Shown here: positions 8,117 to 17,668 of the stretch, in pieces
How positions within the stretch are numbered: position 1 is the first letter of the stretch
Layout of the letters: each line of letters starts with the position of its first letter
IMG/VR virus record: IMGVR_UViG_3300020473_000023
Coordinates: 32,001-96,000 of that record
DNA: 64,000 nt
Reading direction: 5' to 3' (one strand)
From: a virus
The notes under the pieces: model-generated
The model's input: the letters and a program-made list of their open reading frames with translations, nothing else
What the model was told of the DNA's origin: nothing
Databases searched by the model: none
Made by a program: the position numbers and the translations under genes

Positions 8117-9727
8117 CTACAACTGATGAAACTCAGCTTGGTCCTCGTCTACCATCGTGCATCCGACAGTAAGCATCATAGATGCAGCTGAGGAAGCATT
8201 CTCCAGTGCAGTTCTAACAACCTTTAAAGGATCTATAATTCCCATCTCCATCATATCACCATACTCATCTGAAAATGCGTTGTAGCCAAGATTCTTTTTC
8301 ATTCCAGTAACCCTGTCTAGAACAACATCCGGTGTTCCTCCAGAATTAATTACGATCTGTCTCAAGGGTTCAGAGCATGCTCTTCTTACAATCTGCCTTC
8401 CAGCCTCGAATCCAGACATAGCATCTGCATCATTATTAGAAAGTATGCTCGCTGCCCTAACAAGGGCAACTCCTCCGCCAGGTAAGATCCCTTCTTCTAT
8501 TGCTGCCTGAGTAGCGTGAAGCGCATCATCAACCCTGTCTTTTCTCTCCCGTAATTCAACCTCTGTCGCACCACCAACCTTAAGAACAGCAACACCACCA
8601 GAGAGCTTCGAAAGCCTATCTTTTAAAATCAACTCCTCAGCCTCTTCAAGAGCGGGGGATTTAAGCTGCTCCCGTATTGAAGTGACTCTTTCCTTAACAG
8701 CTGATTGATCACCTGAACATCCGATAAAGACGGTATTGTTTTTTCCACATATTATCTTTTTACACGTTCCAAGGTTTTCAATGCTGGCTTCTTTAAGAGA
8801 GGTCCCTGTCGTATCCGAGACAATATCACAATCTAAAAGAACGGCGAGGTCTTGAAGCATCGCTATTCTGCTTTCTCCAAATCCAGGAGACTTAATTGCA
8901 CAAGACTCAAGTGTCCCTTTAAGGTGATTAACAACAAGACCCTGCATTGCATCTCCGTCGACATCATCTGCAATTACAAACAAGGGATGACCTGATTCGA
9001 GAACGACTTCAAGAATGTGCATAATATCTTTAAGATTTGTAATTCTAGAATTAGAAAGTAAAACATAGGGATTCTTAATCTCAGATATCATCTTGTCTTG
9101 ATTGTTGACAAAGTATGGAGACAGGTACCCTCTTTCAATATTCATTCCCTCTACAGTTGTTAAAGTAGTATTAAATCCTTTTGCCTCCTCAACTGTGATC
9201 ACACCATCTCTTCCAACAGAGTTAATTGCCTCAACTAAAAGAGATCCAATTTCTGTCTCCCCGTTGGCTGAAATAGTACCAACATGTTCTATTTCTTTAT
9301 CTGTTGTAACTTCAATAGAAAGCTCTCTTAGCTTGTCTATTACATCTGAGACTGCACTTTCGATACCCTTCTTAATTTCTGATGATTGAAATCCAGCAGC
9401 AAGCATCCGAACCCCCTCAGAAAATATTGATTGAGATAGAACTGTTGCTGTTGTGGTGCCGTCACCTGCAACTTCAGCCGTTCTAGAGGCTGCCTCTTTA
9501 ATAATTTGAACACCTAGATTGTCAAACTTATCTTTTAAATTTACAGCCCTGGCAACTGTAACCCCATCTTTTGTCAGGATTGGCGAGCCAGATTGTTGCT
9601 CAATGACTACGTTTTGACCTCTTGGTCCCATAGTTATTTTAACTGCATTTGCCAAGATATTTACTCCGGTTAGGAGCCTCTCTCTTGCAGAAACATCAAA
9701 CTTTATAATCTTATTTGTCTGAGACAT
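8117..9727 (-). CDS. groEL: Chaperonin GroEL
   Basis: TMGPRG, TKDGVTVA, GDGTTTATV, GGGVAL, GIIDP motifs. No GGM tail. Confidence 0.97.
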   Translation of the reverse strand: MSQTNKIIKFDVSARERLLTGVNILANAVKITMGPRGQNVVIEQQSGSPILTKDGVTVARAVNLKDKFDNLGVQIIKEAASRTAEVAGDGTTTATVLSQSIFSEGVRMLAAGFQSSEIKKGIESAVSDVIDKLRELSIEVTTDKEIEHVGTISANGETEIGSLLVEAINSVGRDGVITVEEAKGFNTTLTTVEGMNIERGYLSPYFVNNQDKMISEIKNPYVLLSNSRITNLKDIMHILEVVLESGHPLFVIADDVDGDAMQGLVVNHLKGTLESCAIKSPGFGESRIAMLQDLAVLLDCDIVSDTTGTSLKEASIENLGTCKKIICGKNNTVFIGCSGDQSAVKERVTSIREQLKSPALEEAEELILKDRLSKLSGGVAVLKVGGATEVELRERKDRVDDALHATQAAIEEGILPGGGVALVRAASILSNNDADAMSGFEAGRQIVRRACSEPLRQIVINSGGTPDVVLDRVTGMKKNLGYNAFSDEYGDMMEMGIIDPLKVVRTALENASSAASMMLTVGCTMVDEDQAEFHQL

Positions 9728-9729
9728 TT

Positions 9730-9921
9730 TTACCCTTTAAGGATTTTCCGCTTAGATTCTGAAATAATTGAACCTGCATCGAGAACTCTTCGGGACTTTG
9801 TGAGAACATTTTCTGCAACCACTATATCTCCAACCTGTATTGCAACCTCACACTCCTGAAGAACGCCTTTGTCTCTTAGATCCTTGATATCAGAATCAGA
9901 TAAAATCTTTTCAATGCTCAT
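9730..9921 (-). CDS. Hypothetical protein
   Basis: Coupled ORF directly upstream of groEL. Confidence 0.55.
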   Translation of the reverse strand: MSIEKILSDSDIKDLRDKGVLQECEVAIQVGDIVVAENVLTKSRRVLDAGSIISESKRKILKG

Positions 9922-10364
9922 ATTAGCCCCTCTATTTTTGACATATTAACCTTTCCTTTAATCCCATTTCCGAGATCTATCATTACTGTACTATCTAACT
10001 GGCTTCCGGTGTCCATGATATCAATAGCCTTTTTACTTATATCTTCATCATCACTGGAATTAAAAATTTCACTACTGGTCTCAAACTTTGAATTAGCAAT
10101 TGCAATAGATTCATTAACAAGAGTATCTATTGCAGATGTTGCATTTTCTACCATTAAGGCTCTAATATCTTTTGAACTTGTAAATATTTCACAATCTATT
10201 TTTGAAAGATCGATCTTAGTGCCTTCAGAATTCGGAAGCTTAACGACATAAGAAACATTTTCTCCCTCAATGCTCTTTCTAACTATTTGCTCGACAATTT
10301 GAACCGGTGCTATTTTTTGGCTTTTGTTAATTAAGAGATATAAAATTTGACCAACATCATACAC
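9918..10364 (-). CDS. Hypothetical protein
   Basis: ORF with SD GGAG. Confidence 0.6.
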   Translation of the reverse strand: MYDVGQILYLLINKSQKIAPVQIVEQIVRKSIEGENVSYVVKLPNSEGTKIDLSKIDCEIFTSSKDIRALMVENATSAIDTLVNESIAIANSKFETSSEIFNSSDDEDISKKAIDIMDTGSQLDSTVMIDLGNGIKGKVNMSKIEGLI

Positions 10365-10410
10365 TTGAATTCTCCGACTAGAAAAGATACACTACAGAAC
10401 AGAAAAAGTA

Positions 10411-10440
10411 TAAAAAAATAGGAGACCTTTCGGCCTCCTA
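10411..10440 (-). terminator. Rho-independent terminator
   Basis: Minus strand TAGGAGGCC-GAAA-GGTCTCCTA then T7. Confidence 0.85.
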
Positions 10441-10463
10441 GTTTTAAACTATAGAAAAATAAA

Positions 10464-10661
10464 TCACCGCTTTAAGCTATTGAGATATTCTTCTATATCA
10501 CCCGTAAGGACAAGAAAGGTCTCCTTCCCGCCGGATTGTTTTGTATATGGTGATAAGTTAAGTCTCATTAACTCATCTCTTAGGCGATGCTCTTCTCTGT
10601 ATCCGCCATATGTGGTATAAATCTGTACTAACCGCTCAATAACGGAAGGATGTAGCTGCAT
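10464..10661 (-). CDS. Hypothetical protein
   Basis: SD AGGAG. Confidence 0.55.
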   Translation of the reverse strand: MQLHPSVIERLVQIYTTYGGYREEHRLRDELMRLNLSPYTKQSGGKETFLVLTGDIEEYLNSLKR

Positions 10662-10673
10662 TATTTCTCCTGG

Positions 10674-11282
10674 CTATTTAAACCCGATTCCAAGTCCCGC
10701 AACAGCAACCTGTCCAGGCTTGCTGTGTTGAGGCTTATTATCACCGTACATCCAGTTTCTTGTAGTGTATAGGCCGCCGTCACCCATTTCTTCAACTATG
10801 CTACCAATCTCTTTTCTAATGGCATCTCTAAGTTGATTTTCTTCCTGCAACCTCTTGCTTGACAAGTTGTTTCGCTTAGCTCGCTCTTTCTTCATTCTAG
10901 AAATCTCTCTTCGAAGCATAGACTCATTAATCTCAACCATCTCTTCCATCGGGCCGCCAAGCTCTTCATCGGTGATGGCGTCATAGTCCTGCTCCTCAAC
11001 TGGGGCGAGCGAATCGAGGGCTTCCGCGTCTTCATCACTCATCGTCATCTCATCACCGCCTCCTGGAGGATCATCAAGTTCTCCCATGGCGAATGGGTTG
11101 TTATCTTCATCGCCGCCCTCTGGAGGCTCGTCAAGCTCATTCAGGTCTCCTGAATACCAATCAACTCCCTCATCATGGCCCTCATCATGTCGGCTTTGAT
11201 TTCCTGACTCATTTAGTGATCTTCTGTCTGAAGAAGTAGAAATTCCAGCAAGCTTTGCTAGTCTATTGGCATTGAAACGCAT
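10674..11282 (-). CDS. Acidic putative prohead core/internal protein
   Basis: RLAKLAGI, SLNE, INESMLRREI, EENQLRDAIRKEI. Upstream ATATTTAA. Confidence 0.55.
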   Translation of the reverse strand: MRFNANRLAKLAGISTSSDRRSLNESGNQSRHDEGHDEGVDWYSGDLNELDEPPEGGDEDNNPFAMGELDDPPGGGDEMTMSDEDAEALDSLAPVEEQDYDAITDEELGGPMEEMVEINESMLRREISRMKKERAKRNNLSSKRLQEENQLRDAIRKEIGSIVEEMGDGGLYTTRNWMYGDNKPQHSKPGQVAVAGLGIGFK

Positions 11283-11330
11283 GATAAATCTCCTATACGC
11301 TGAATTAAATATTTCACAACTTTAGAAAAT

Positions 11331-11717
11331 TCAATCAACTTTTATATGTTCTTGCTCTGTAGTTTCAGCTTCTAGGTTATTTCTAACCCTCCCGGTTATT
11401 GCAGAACCCTTTGCGGCAGCAACTCCAAGCGGCTCTAATCCCAGAGCGCCTCTAACAATATCGTAAATTGAAGGAGAAAGCTTATCTTTAAGAACAGCCA
11501 TGTCTGCGTATTGGTGAAGATCCCACTCATATACGGGAACCTCTTCGCCCTCCAGCCCCGGTTCGTAATTTCCACTAGCACGACTTTCAAATATAAATAG
11601 CATTCTGGGCATATCTTCACCCAGTGGAACCATTATAAAGGGTATCTGGGAAGATACACCCTCCTGAGACTCTTCATACATGATCTCAGGAAACCAATTA
11701 GAAACTTTTTCTGTCAT
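11331..11717 (-). CDS. Hypothetical protein
   Basis: SD GGAGG. Confidence 0.65.
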   Translation of the reverse strand: MTEKVSNWFPEIMYEESQEGVSSQIPFIMVPLGEDMPRMLFIFESRASGNYEPGLEGEEVPVYEWDLHQYADMAVLKDKLSPSIYDIVRGALGLEPLGVAAAKGSAITGRVRNNLEAETTEQEHIKVD

Positions 11718-11781
11718 AGCAAACCTCCGCTAATATGTGTATTATGCCACAATTAAATCCAAAAGTTTATATTATATTTCT

Positions 11782-12951
11782 CTATAAAGCCGGCTCTGCT
11801 TCAAGGGGTCGAATTTGCTGCAGTGTTTCTTCATAGATTGGCTTTATTGCTACTAGGATTGCCTCTTGGACTTCGGGTGAATCAGAGGAAGTCTCGCTTA
11901 CAATTCTATCAAGAGACCCCCCGATAACACCAGAAAAAATATCTGGAATTAAAACCCTTATTTGAGAAAATAAATCCTCAGACCCTGCCTGAATATCTTC
12001 GACAGTAACGTTTTCTCCAGTAATCTTTTTCACTCTTTGAGCAAGGACTTGCGGGGTAAAAGACCCTGATTCTCCGGGTTTTCCCATAAGAGAAGAAAGG
12101 CTTATAGCAAGTGAATTTAAATCTTGAGAAGACATGGCATCACGATACATTACCAATAGATTGTCCATGTCTAATCTGGCAGAATTTGACAATTCAGAAA
12201 CTACTTCTGGAACCTGTGACACATCAATCTGTGGCAGCACTTCTTGAGCTGGGTCAGGAAGTTCACCCAATCCATCATCAGGCTCTTGAAGGTCATCAAT
12301 CTCTGGATCAACCTCAACGACTTCAGGATCTATTTGACTCTGATCAATGGGCTCTAGATCGACAAGAGGCTCATCTTCTAAGGGTGTAGCCAAGATAGTT
12401 TCTTGTGCCTCTTCCTCTTCCTCTGCAGCCGCCTCAATCGCATCGTCAACTATTTTATCTGCCTCTGCCTCTTCTCCAGCCCTAGCCTCATCTGCCTCTA
12501 ATAAAAAATCAAGCGACATATTTTCAAGACTGAACGTATCAAGTGAATAGTGAATGCTTTCTGTTGCAAGGCCAGTTGTCTGAAGAATTCCTGGACGCTG
12601 CTGCGTACGCCCGAGAAAACCTCGTGCCTTTCTAAGTGTTGTAGCTTGATTGGTCACGATGCTTTCATAATCCGGAGTCCCACCCCCAAGAAGTCCCTTC
12701 ATCCCTTCAGCACCTATCTTAAATACTGATTCAGCTCCCTTGTAGGCAGCAACACCAGCGTAAGCAAGAGATGAGACAACACCTATGGCATGCCCTATTA
12801 TCTTCTTAACAGAACCTATCCACCCAATAACGTCAGGCATAGTACCCACACCGACAGACTGACCGGCACGTCGGACGTCTCCTCGATCTTTTCGTTCAGC
12901 AATTAAAGACTCTCTAATAAACTGACGGATTAATTTTTCATTTGAGCTCAC
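11782..12951 (-). CDS. Acidic leader-bearing hypothetical protein
   Basis: Probable GTG start at 12951 after SD GGGAG. NEKLIRQFIRESLIAE leader, internal FLLEAD. Confidence 0.6.
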   Translation of the reverse strand: MSSNEKLIRQFIRESLIAERKDRGDVRRAGQSVGVGTMPDVIGWIGSVKKIIGHAIGVVSSLAYAGVAAYKGAESVFKIGAEGMKGLLGGGTPDYESIVTNQATTLRKARGFLGRTQQRPGILQTTGLATESIHYSLDTFSLENMSLDFLLEADEARAGEEAEADKIVDDAIEAAAEEEEEAQETILATPLEDEPLVDLEPIDQSQIDPEVVEVDPEIDDLQEPDDGLGELPDPAQEVLPQIDVSQVPEVVSELSNSARLDMDNLLVMYRDAMSSQDLNSLAISLSSLMGKPGESGSFTPQVLAQRVKKITGENVTVEDIQAGSEDLFSQIRVLIPDIFSGVIGGSLDRIVSETSSDSPEVQEAILVAIKPIYEETLQQIRPLEAEPAL

Positions 12952-13207
12952 CAAACAACTCCCTTCTCTCAGCAAGTGTTCTTAGGACAAGCCTAACACC
13001 TGTTAGATCATGATAATAATTAATCAGCTCCTGCTCAAAATTATTAAGCCACTGCTCCTTTGTCTTAGGGTCTCTGGTGGAAAAATTCTTTCTAAGCCCT
13101 GAGGGTATTCCAAGCATGATCTGCTTCTTAATCATAACCCAGTCATCCATGTCGCCCGCGTAAGATGACACAAATTCAACTTGCTCCCTGATCCTGTCAG
13201 GAATCAT
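12938..13207 (-). CDS. Hypothetical protein
   Basis: ATGA-coupled ORF. Confidence 0.6.
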   Translation of the reverse strand: MIPDRIREQVEFVSSYAGDMDDWVMIKKQIMLGIPSGLRKNFSTRDPKTKEQWLNNFEQELINYYHDLTGVRLVLRTLAERRELFGELK

Positions 13208-14679
13208 CTATTCATTCCCAGCAAGAGCATCTCTCTGACGAACTCTCTTAGGAGCGATTCCCGAATCTTATCATACATGACAAATCCACTTTCTTGCCCT
13301 TGGGGCGACATCTGAACATCTCCAATTGTAATATCTTCCTTGTTAACAGCCCTAGCTGGATCAAGCATAACAGCAGCTTTTGCCCTATCTGCTATCACGA
13401 TTTGAAATCTAAGGCCCATTATCGGCTTGACGGGAGATGATTCCGAGTCTCCAGCGGGAGGTGAAAGATATTTCTTAGGCCTTCCTGCAGAACCGGTTAT
13501 AATTACTGTAGGTTTCTCATTTGGAGAGAGGTCATCAATAGAAGAGTAGACAGATCCAGGTATAGTGAGTGTTTTTGTGGATGGGTCCCATTCTCCTACG
13601 GGCTCATCGGCGTAATAGTCTCCTTTAAGGACAAGGTCTGCTCTATTTTCTCCAGACCCAAAGACAGCATGCTCCATAAACTCAGGACCCAAATACTCAT
13701 CTGGAACTGTAAAGTTGGTTCTAATCTGTTGACCATCCTTTTCAACAACCATCTTAGAGCCCGCTTGATTTGGACCTGCTCCAACTATCTTTGCTATTCC
13801 CCCACCGTCAACCTCGACTCCAGAACCTTCCAGGGCCTGAAGGAGCGGGCTTAGCAGGGGAAAGGACATGTCCGCAGAGAGCCAGTGACCAGCATTTATC
13901 ATTTTCATGCTGACACCTATCTCACTCTCACCTCCGTTGTACACAATGTCGACATCACTCTTTGAGGTAACTCCGCCCTTCTTTTCTGTTCCGGCAGCCT
14001 TGGCGCTAATAACTCCCTTAAGTGACGTATTATTCTTGCCTTTCCGATCCAGAAAGACAACAGTTAAAGGATAATCTCGACCGAGATCCGACTCATACGG
14101 GGGAAGCCCTTGCACAGCAAGATTTATGTCATCAGTGACTCTTTCTTCGCTTATAATCCCTAGAGACTTCGAGCCTCCTGCCCCTTGGACCTTAAATGCA
14201 AGTTTTTGATGAGGTGTAATGTCATCTTTCCCTGTCTTTGTAAACTGGCCAAGAGATTTAACAAACTCAATTGGACCAAGGCCCTGTGGGCCTTGCATGA
14301 CCTGAACTTTTATTCCTTGATTTTTCACCATTTTCTGGAGAGCCTGAGCCCCTGACTCTCTCTGCTCCTGGTCTTTTCCAGAAATTAGTGAGAGGTTCTC
14401 AAGAAATGTAATTATCTCTCGATTGTGTGGATCATCTTTGAGAATTATACCTTGAATAAATTCTTCTGGATAAAGATCTCCGTCAATGGAAGCTTCTTTG
14501 CGAACGCTAATTGTAAAGTAGTCGCCTGTTCGGATCTTCTCCAGCATTATTAAAAATCTATCAGGCCTACCGGCACTGCTCTTTGGCTTTGATAGCTCTC
14601 CAGCAGTCAGCCCGACCCGATTGGCTTCTAGAAAAAGCTCTCTTATGTACTGTCTAAGAAGTGACTCAGAAATCATCAT
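13204..14679 (-). CDS. Putative PD-(D/E)xK-type nuclease with leader helices at both ends
   Basis: GIISEE...KSDVDI...GVSMK pattern. N-terminal ESLLRQYIRELFLEA, C-terminal ESLLREFVREML. Confidence 0.45.
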   Translation of the reverse strand: MMISESLLRQYIRELFLEANRVGLTAGELSKPKSSAGRPDRFLIMLEKIRTGDYFTISVRKEASIDGDLYPEEFIQGIILKDDPHNREIITFLENLSLISGKDQEQRESGAQALQKMVKNQGIKVQVMQGPQGLGPIEFVKSLGQFTKTGKDDITPHQKLAFKVQGAGGSKSLGIISEERVTDDINLAVQGLPPYESDLGRDYPLTVVFLDRKGKNNTSLKGVISAKAAGTEKKGGVTSKSDVDIVYNGGESEIGVSMKMINAGHWLSADMSFPLLSPLLQALEGSGVEVDGGGIAKIVGAGPNQAGSKMVVEKDGQQIRTNFTVPDEYLGPEFMEHAVFGSGENRADLVLKGDYYADEPVGEWDPSTKTLTIPGSVYSSIDDLSPNEKPTVIITGSAGRPKKYLSPPAGDSESSPVKPIMGLRFQIVIADRAKAAVMLDPARAVNKEDITIGDVQMSPQGQESGFVMYDKIRESLLREFVREMLLLGMNR

Positions 14680-14715
14680 TATTGTATACCTGATTATCTA
14701 GTATACATATTCACT

Positions 14716-15525
14716 CTAAGACGTTCTTAATAGCGACTCATTAATATAGTTAGTCGCCCGTAGAGCCTCTCTGGGCATCTTTGACTCATAGTCTGCAATG
14801 TAATTCATGCCCGTTGCACCTGTGACTCTGTCGCTGAATTCACGCAAAACAGGCCTAATTCGTGCGTCCTTTACACAGTAGTTAACGAGACCCTTAAAGG
14901 TTCGGACATCTTCAGGTTGCGCCTTAAGCTTAAGGACCTTCATGATGTGCCGTGGACAGGTGATTCTACGCTCTAGAATCGGACCCCTGCCTCGCTTAAT
15001 CATCATCCCACCTGGATAGGCTATGGTAATCTTAACATCCTCTCCTGAAGATTCAGTAATCTCTCTAGATCGATCCTTAGCAATCAGGCTAAGTAGAAGG
15101 TTTCTAAAGACACCCTTTACCTGGCCTCCCGACATAAGCCACGCAGTTCCGGAAGGATCTTGGCTTGTCATCACATCTATCTGAACATGTTCATTTAATT
15201 GGGTGCCTCTAATTGGGTACCTGACTGAGACAATTGATCCAACCTTCTTAACTTGGTCTAGACCGAGAGACTCAGATAGATATTCAAACACCTCATGCTT
15301 AAAGTATTTTGGATCTAGATCTCCGCAGCCTACGACCACATCCATGTCACCCAGAAGCTGTGATGTTGATCTACTGTCTGTGCTTCCCAGTGGGTGGCAC
15401 TCAGTTATTCCAAGCTGACTAAGGTAGTCATCCCTAAATGAGCATAGCGTCTCTTCAACGTTCTCTCGCCTAATCATTGTAACAGTTGGATTTCCAAAAG
15501 CGTCCCTAAAAACCTTACCACCCAT
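14716..15525 (-). CDS. Pol-beta superfamily nucleotidyltransferase
   Basis: LGST...GDMDVVV...VQIDVM. Probable start MGGKVF at 15525. Confidence 0.7.
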   Translation of the reverse strand: MGGKVFRDAFGNPTVTMIRRENVEETLCSFRDDYLSQLGITECHPLGSTDSRSTSQLLGDMDVVVGCGDLDPKYFKHEVFEYLSESLGLDQVKKVGSIVSVRYPIRGTQLNEHVQIDVMTSQDPSGTAWLMSGGQVKGVFRNLLLSLIAKDRSREITESSGEDVKITIAYPGGMMIKRGRGPILERRITCPRHIMKVLKLKAQPEDVRTFKGLVNYCVKDARIRPVLREFSDRVTGATGMNYIADYESKMPREALRATNYINESLLRTS

Positions 15526-16750
15526 GCCAGTAATCCTCTTCAAAAAATGTCTTTGTCCAGTAGGTCTTCTTGGCAAAAGTTATGGGATCTTTGCCATAGG
15601 AAAATAGGGCATTCAATCTATTGACCGGTGTGAACATGCCTACAAGTTTGGTCTCCCTTCCCTTCCACTCAAATACAAAACCCTCTGTGGATTTTTCAAT
15701 TAAATCCTCATTGGTCTCAATGCACTTAAGAAGAATTCTAACCTCATCTATCTGATCAACTGTTCCTATCAGGCGACTATTAACGAATGCCTCTCTGATA
15801 ATTGTCATCCCTTTCTTAATCTGATCTGGGGGGTATGCTTCCAGCTTAAAGTCAATGGGTCTAAGAGTGATAGCGCCTATCTTCTGAATGGCATTATCAA
15901 ATGGGATTCGGGCCTCTGCGACAATAAGCCTTCCTTTCTTTTGTAATTTTTTAAACTGATCCCAGGAGCCTGGCCTGCCATACTGCTTAAACTTTCCAGC
16001 AATCGGACCCTTGTTAAAGACGAGTCTTTTCGCTGCATCTCTTCTGATCTCAGGTGGAATAAAGGCGTACTTGGAGATGTGGGACTCAACTAGAGAAACC
16101 ACAAGATCTCCAATTGTGTGGTCGTCATTCAAATTATGCTCGACAAGAATCCCGCCGAGTTCGTCACAAATATCTATAATTTCTTGAAAAGATACGTCGG
16201 GCTTTTTAAGATCGACCTTATGTGGATGTCTAATGGGTATTGTTGTAGACGTTCTTGCGGCATCGGAGAGAAGCGCCCTATAGTTGTCATTGTCAACCTT
16301 GGCATCTCTCTCAAGATCCCACCCTTGAATAAAGTAAATTCCCGAGTCCTTATAGGGAATAGTGTTCATATTTTTTGGATCTATTAGTGCAGTCTCAACA
16401 ACAACAGTTCCATCTTTAAAGAATCCAGCGTGCCTCCTTGCAACATCTTTTAGGGAGGAATATGCATTTAGATACGCACGCCTTACGCTTTCTTTCTCTT
16501 CAATATCGTATTTTTCACAAATCCCGCGCTCATTAAGGCCACCTGACCTGATCGAGGAGAGAGTCACGCCCTTGAAGAAAAACCTGAGTTCACCGTTTAT
16601 GACGGTGAATGTAAGGTTTTGTCCATCCATTTTTTCAACTGGATTCTTAATCAACCGGGTGTCTGCAGTAAAAAATGCATCAATCATTTCAAACAAATCA
16701 CCAATTGGAAGATCTGTAAGCTCATAAATATTTTTAATATGTCCTCTCAT
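15515..16750 (-). CDS. ATP-dependent ligase-like (KxDG) protein
   Basis: EKMDGQN (motif I), EGFVF (motif IV), TKL (motif V). Confidence 0.65.
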   Translation of the reverse strand: MRGHIKNIYELTDLPIGDLFEMIDAFFTADTRLIKNPVEKMDGQNLTFTVINGELRFFFKGVTLSSIRSGGLNERGICEKYDIEEKESVRRAYLNAYSSLKDVARRHAGFFKDGTVVVETALIDPKNMNTIPYKDSGIYFIQGWDLERDAKVDNDNYRALLSDAARTSTTIPIRHPHKVDLKKPDVSFQEIIDICDELGGILVEHNLNDDHTIGDLVVSLVESHISKYAFIPPEIRRDAAKRLVFNKGPIAGKFKQYGRPGSWDQFKKLQKKGRLIVAEARIPFDNAIQKIGAITLRPIDFKLEAYPPDQIKKGMTIIREAFVNSRLIGTVDQIDEVRILLKCIETNEDLIEKSTEGFVFEWKGRETKLVGMFTPVNRLNALFSYGKDPITFAKKTYWTKTFFEEDYWHGW

Positions 16751-17401
16751 CTAACCTCCGCAAAGCACTTTTAAAAATTCATCAGAAGACCTAATTCCAT
16801 TATAATTAGTTTCAAACAGGAATGAAGGTACATAGTTTTTAACTGATTCTACATCTTTTTTAAGAACAGCCCTTCTTATAGCTGAGCCCCTGACCTTTAC
16901 AAGATCTTCTATTTTCTTATTAGACAGAGTAGGGTAAAAATTTTTCATTGACATGGTCAATCTTTCAATATCTCCAGATGTAAAGAAAAGTCTATTATCC
17001 GACACAAGATTTCCAAAATACTTCTCTTCAAGGGGAGTTCCAATATATTTGGTAAACCTATGCTCATCATCCTCACCTGAATATACAGTTAACAGGTCGT
17101 TGCTATTTTTATCATTTTTAATTCTTTCAATTAGAAAAAATATCTCAACGAGAGGATTGGGAACACCTTTCTTAACAATGATCCTGTCTCCAAACATTTC
17201 ATCTAATGAAGACTTAACAATATTAAAGATTCTCTCAGCCATCTCTTCTGTATAGAGAAAGTCCGAGTTTTTCTTTCTAGGTGAAACACCATAAAATAAA
17301 TAAGTTATATCATTGTCATCCAGAGATAAAGATATTTTTGAAAAATGACCCGTTGTGAAAGGCTTGAACCCGCCTCCAAAGACACCTATTTTCATTTTCA
17401 C
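16751..17401 (-). CDS. HIGH-superfamily nucleotidyltransferase
   Basis: GGGFKPFTTGH and C-terminal VRGSAIRR...VP (ISxTxIR-like). Confidence 0.75.
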   Translation of the reverse strand: MKMKIGVFGGGFKPFTTGHFSKISLSLDDNDITYLFYGVSPRKKNSDFLYTEEMAERIFNIVKSSLDEMFGDRIIVKKGVPNPLVEIFFLIERIKNDKNSNDLLTVYSGEDDEHRFTKYIGTPLEEKYFGNLVSDNRLFFTSGDIERLTMSMKNFYPTLSNKKIEDLVKVRGSAIRRAVLKKDVESVKNYVPSFLFETNYNGIRSSDEFLKVLCGG

Positions 17402-17412
17402 ACCAGTATTTA

Positions 17413-17616
17413 TTAATCGTTCTTTTCTTCCAGCTCTCTTTCTGCCTTGTCAATTGCGCCCTTAAAAGAAGAATAGACAAATGACCTTAGTTCATCATCT
17501 GTTATCTCTCTAAACTCAGAGATCTTCATTGACTTTCTAACAATATTATAAAATTCAGGCGTGCAATCTATCTCAAGATTTCCGCCATTTCGTAGCTTAA
17601 TAGTTCTTTTTTCCAT
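17413..17616 (-). CDS. Hypothetical protein
   Basis: Probable start MEKR, just downstream of a class A promoter. Confidence 0.55.
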   Translation of the reverse strand: MEKRTIKLRNGGNLEIDCTPEFYNIVRKSMKISEFREITDDELRSFVYSSFKGAIDKAERELEEKND

Positions 17617-17622
17617 AAGCTT

Positions 17623-17650
17623 ATTATACAATATACTGTGCTATTTTACA
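17623..17650 (-). promoter_or_regulatory. Class A promoter TGTAAA-N16-TATAAT
   Basis: Recurrent motif with fixed spacer. Confidence 0.6.
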
Positions 17651-17668
17651 TGAGTACGGCTTATAAAC

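Noticed and set aside
9730-9921. GroES
   Set aside because: Too short and lacks the PL.DRV and mobile-loop GGI motifs
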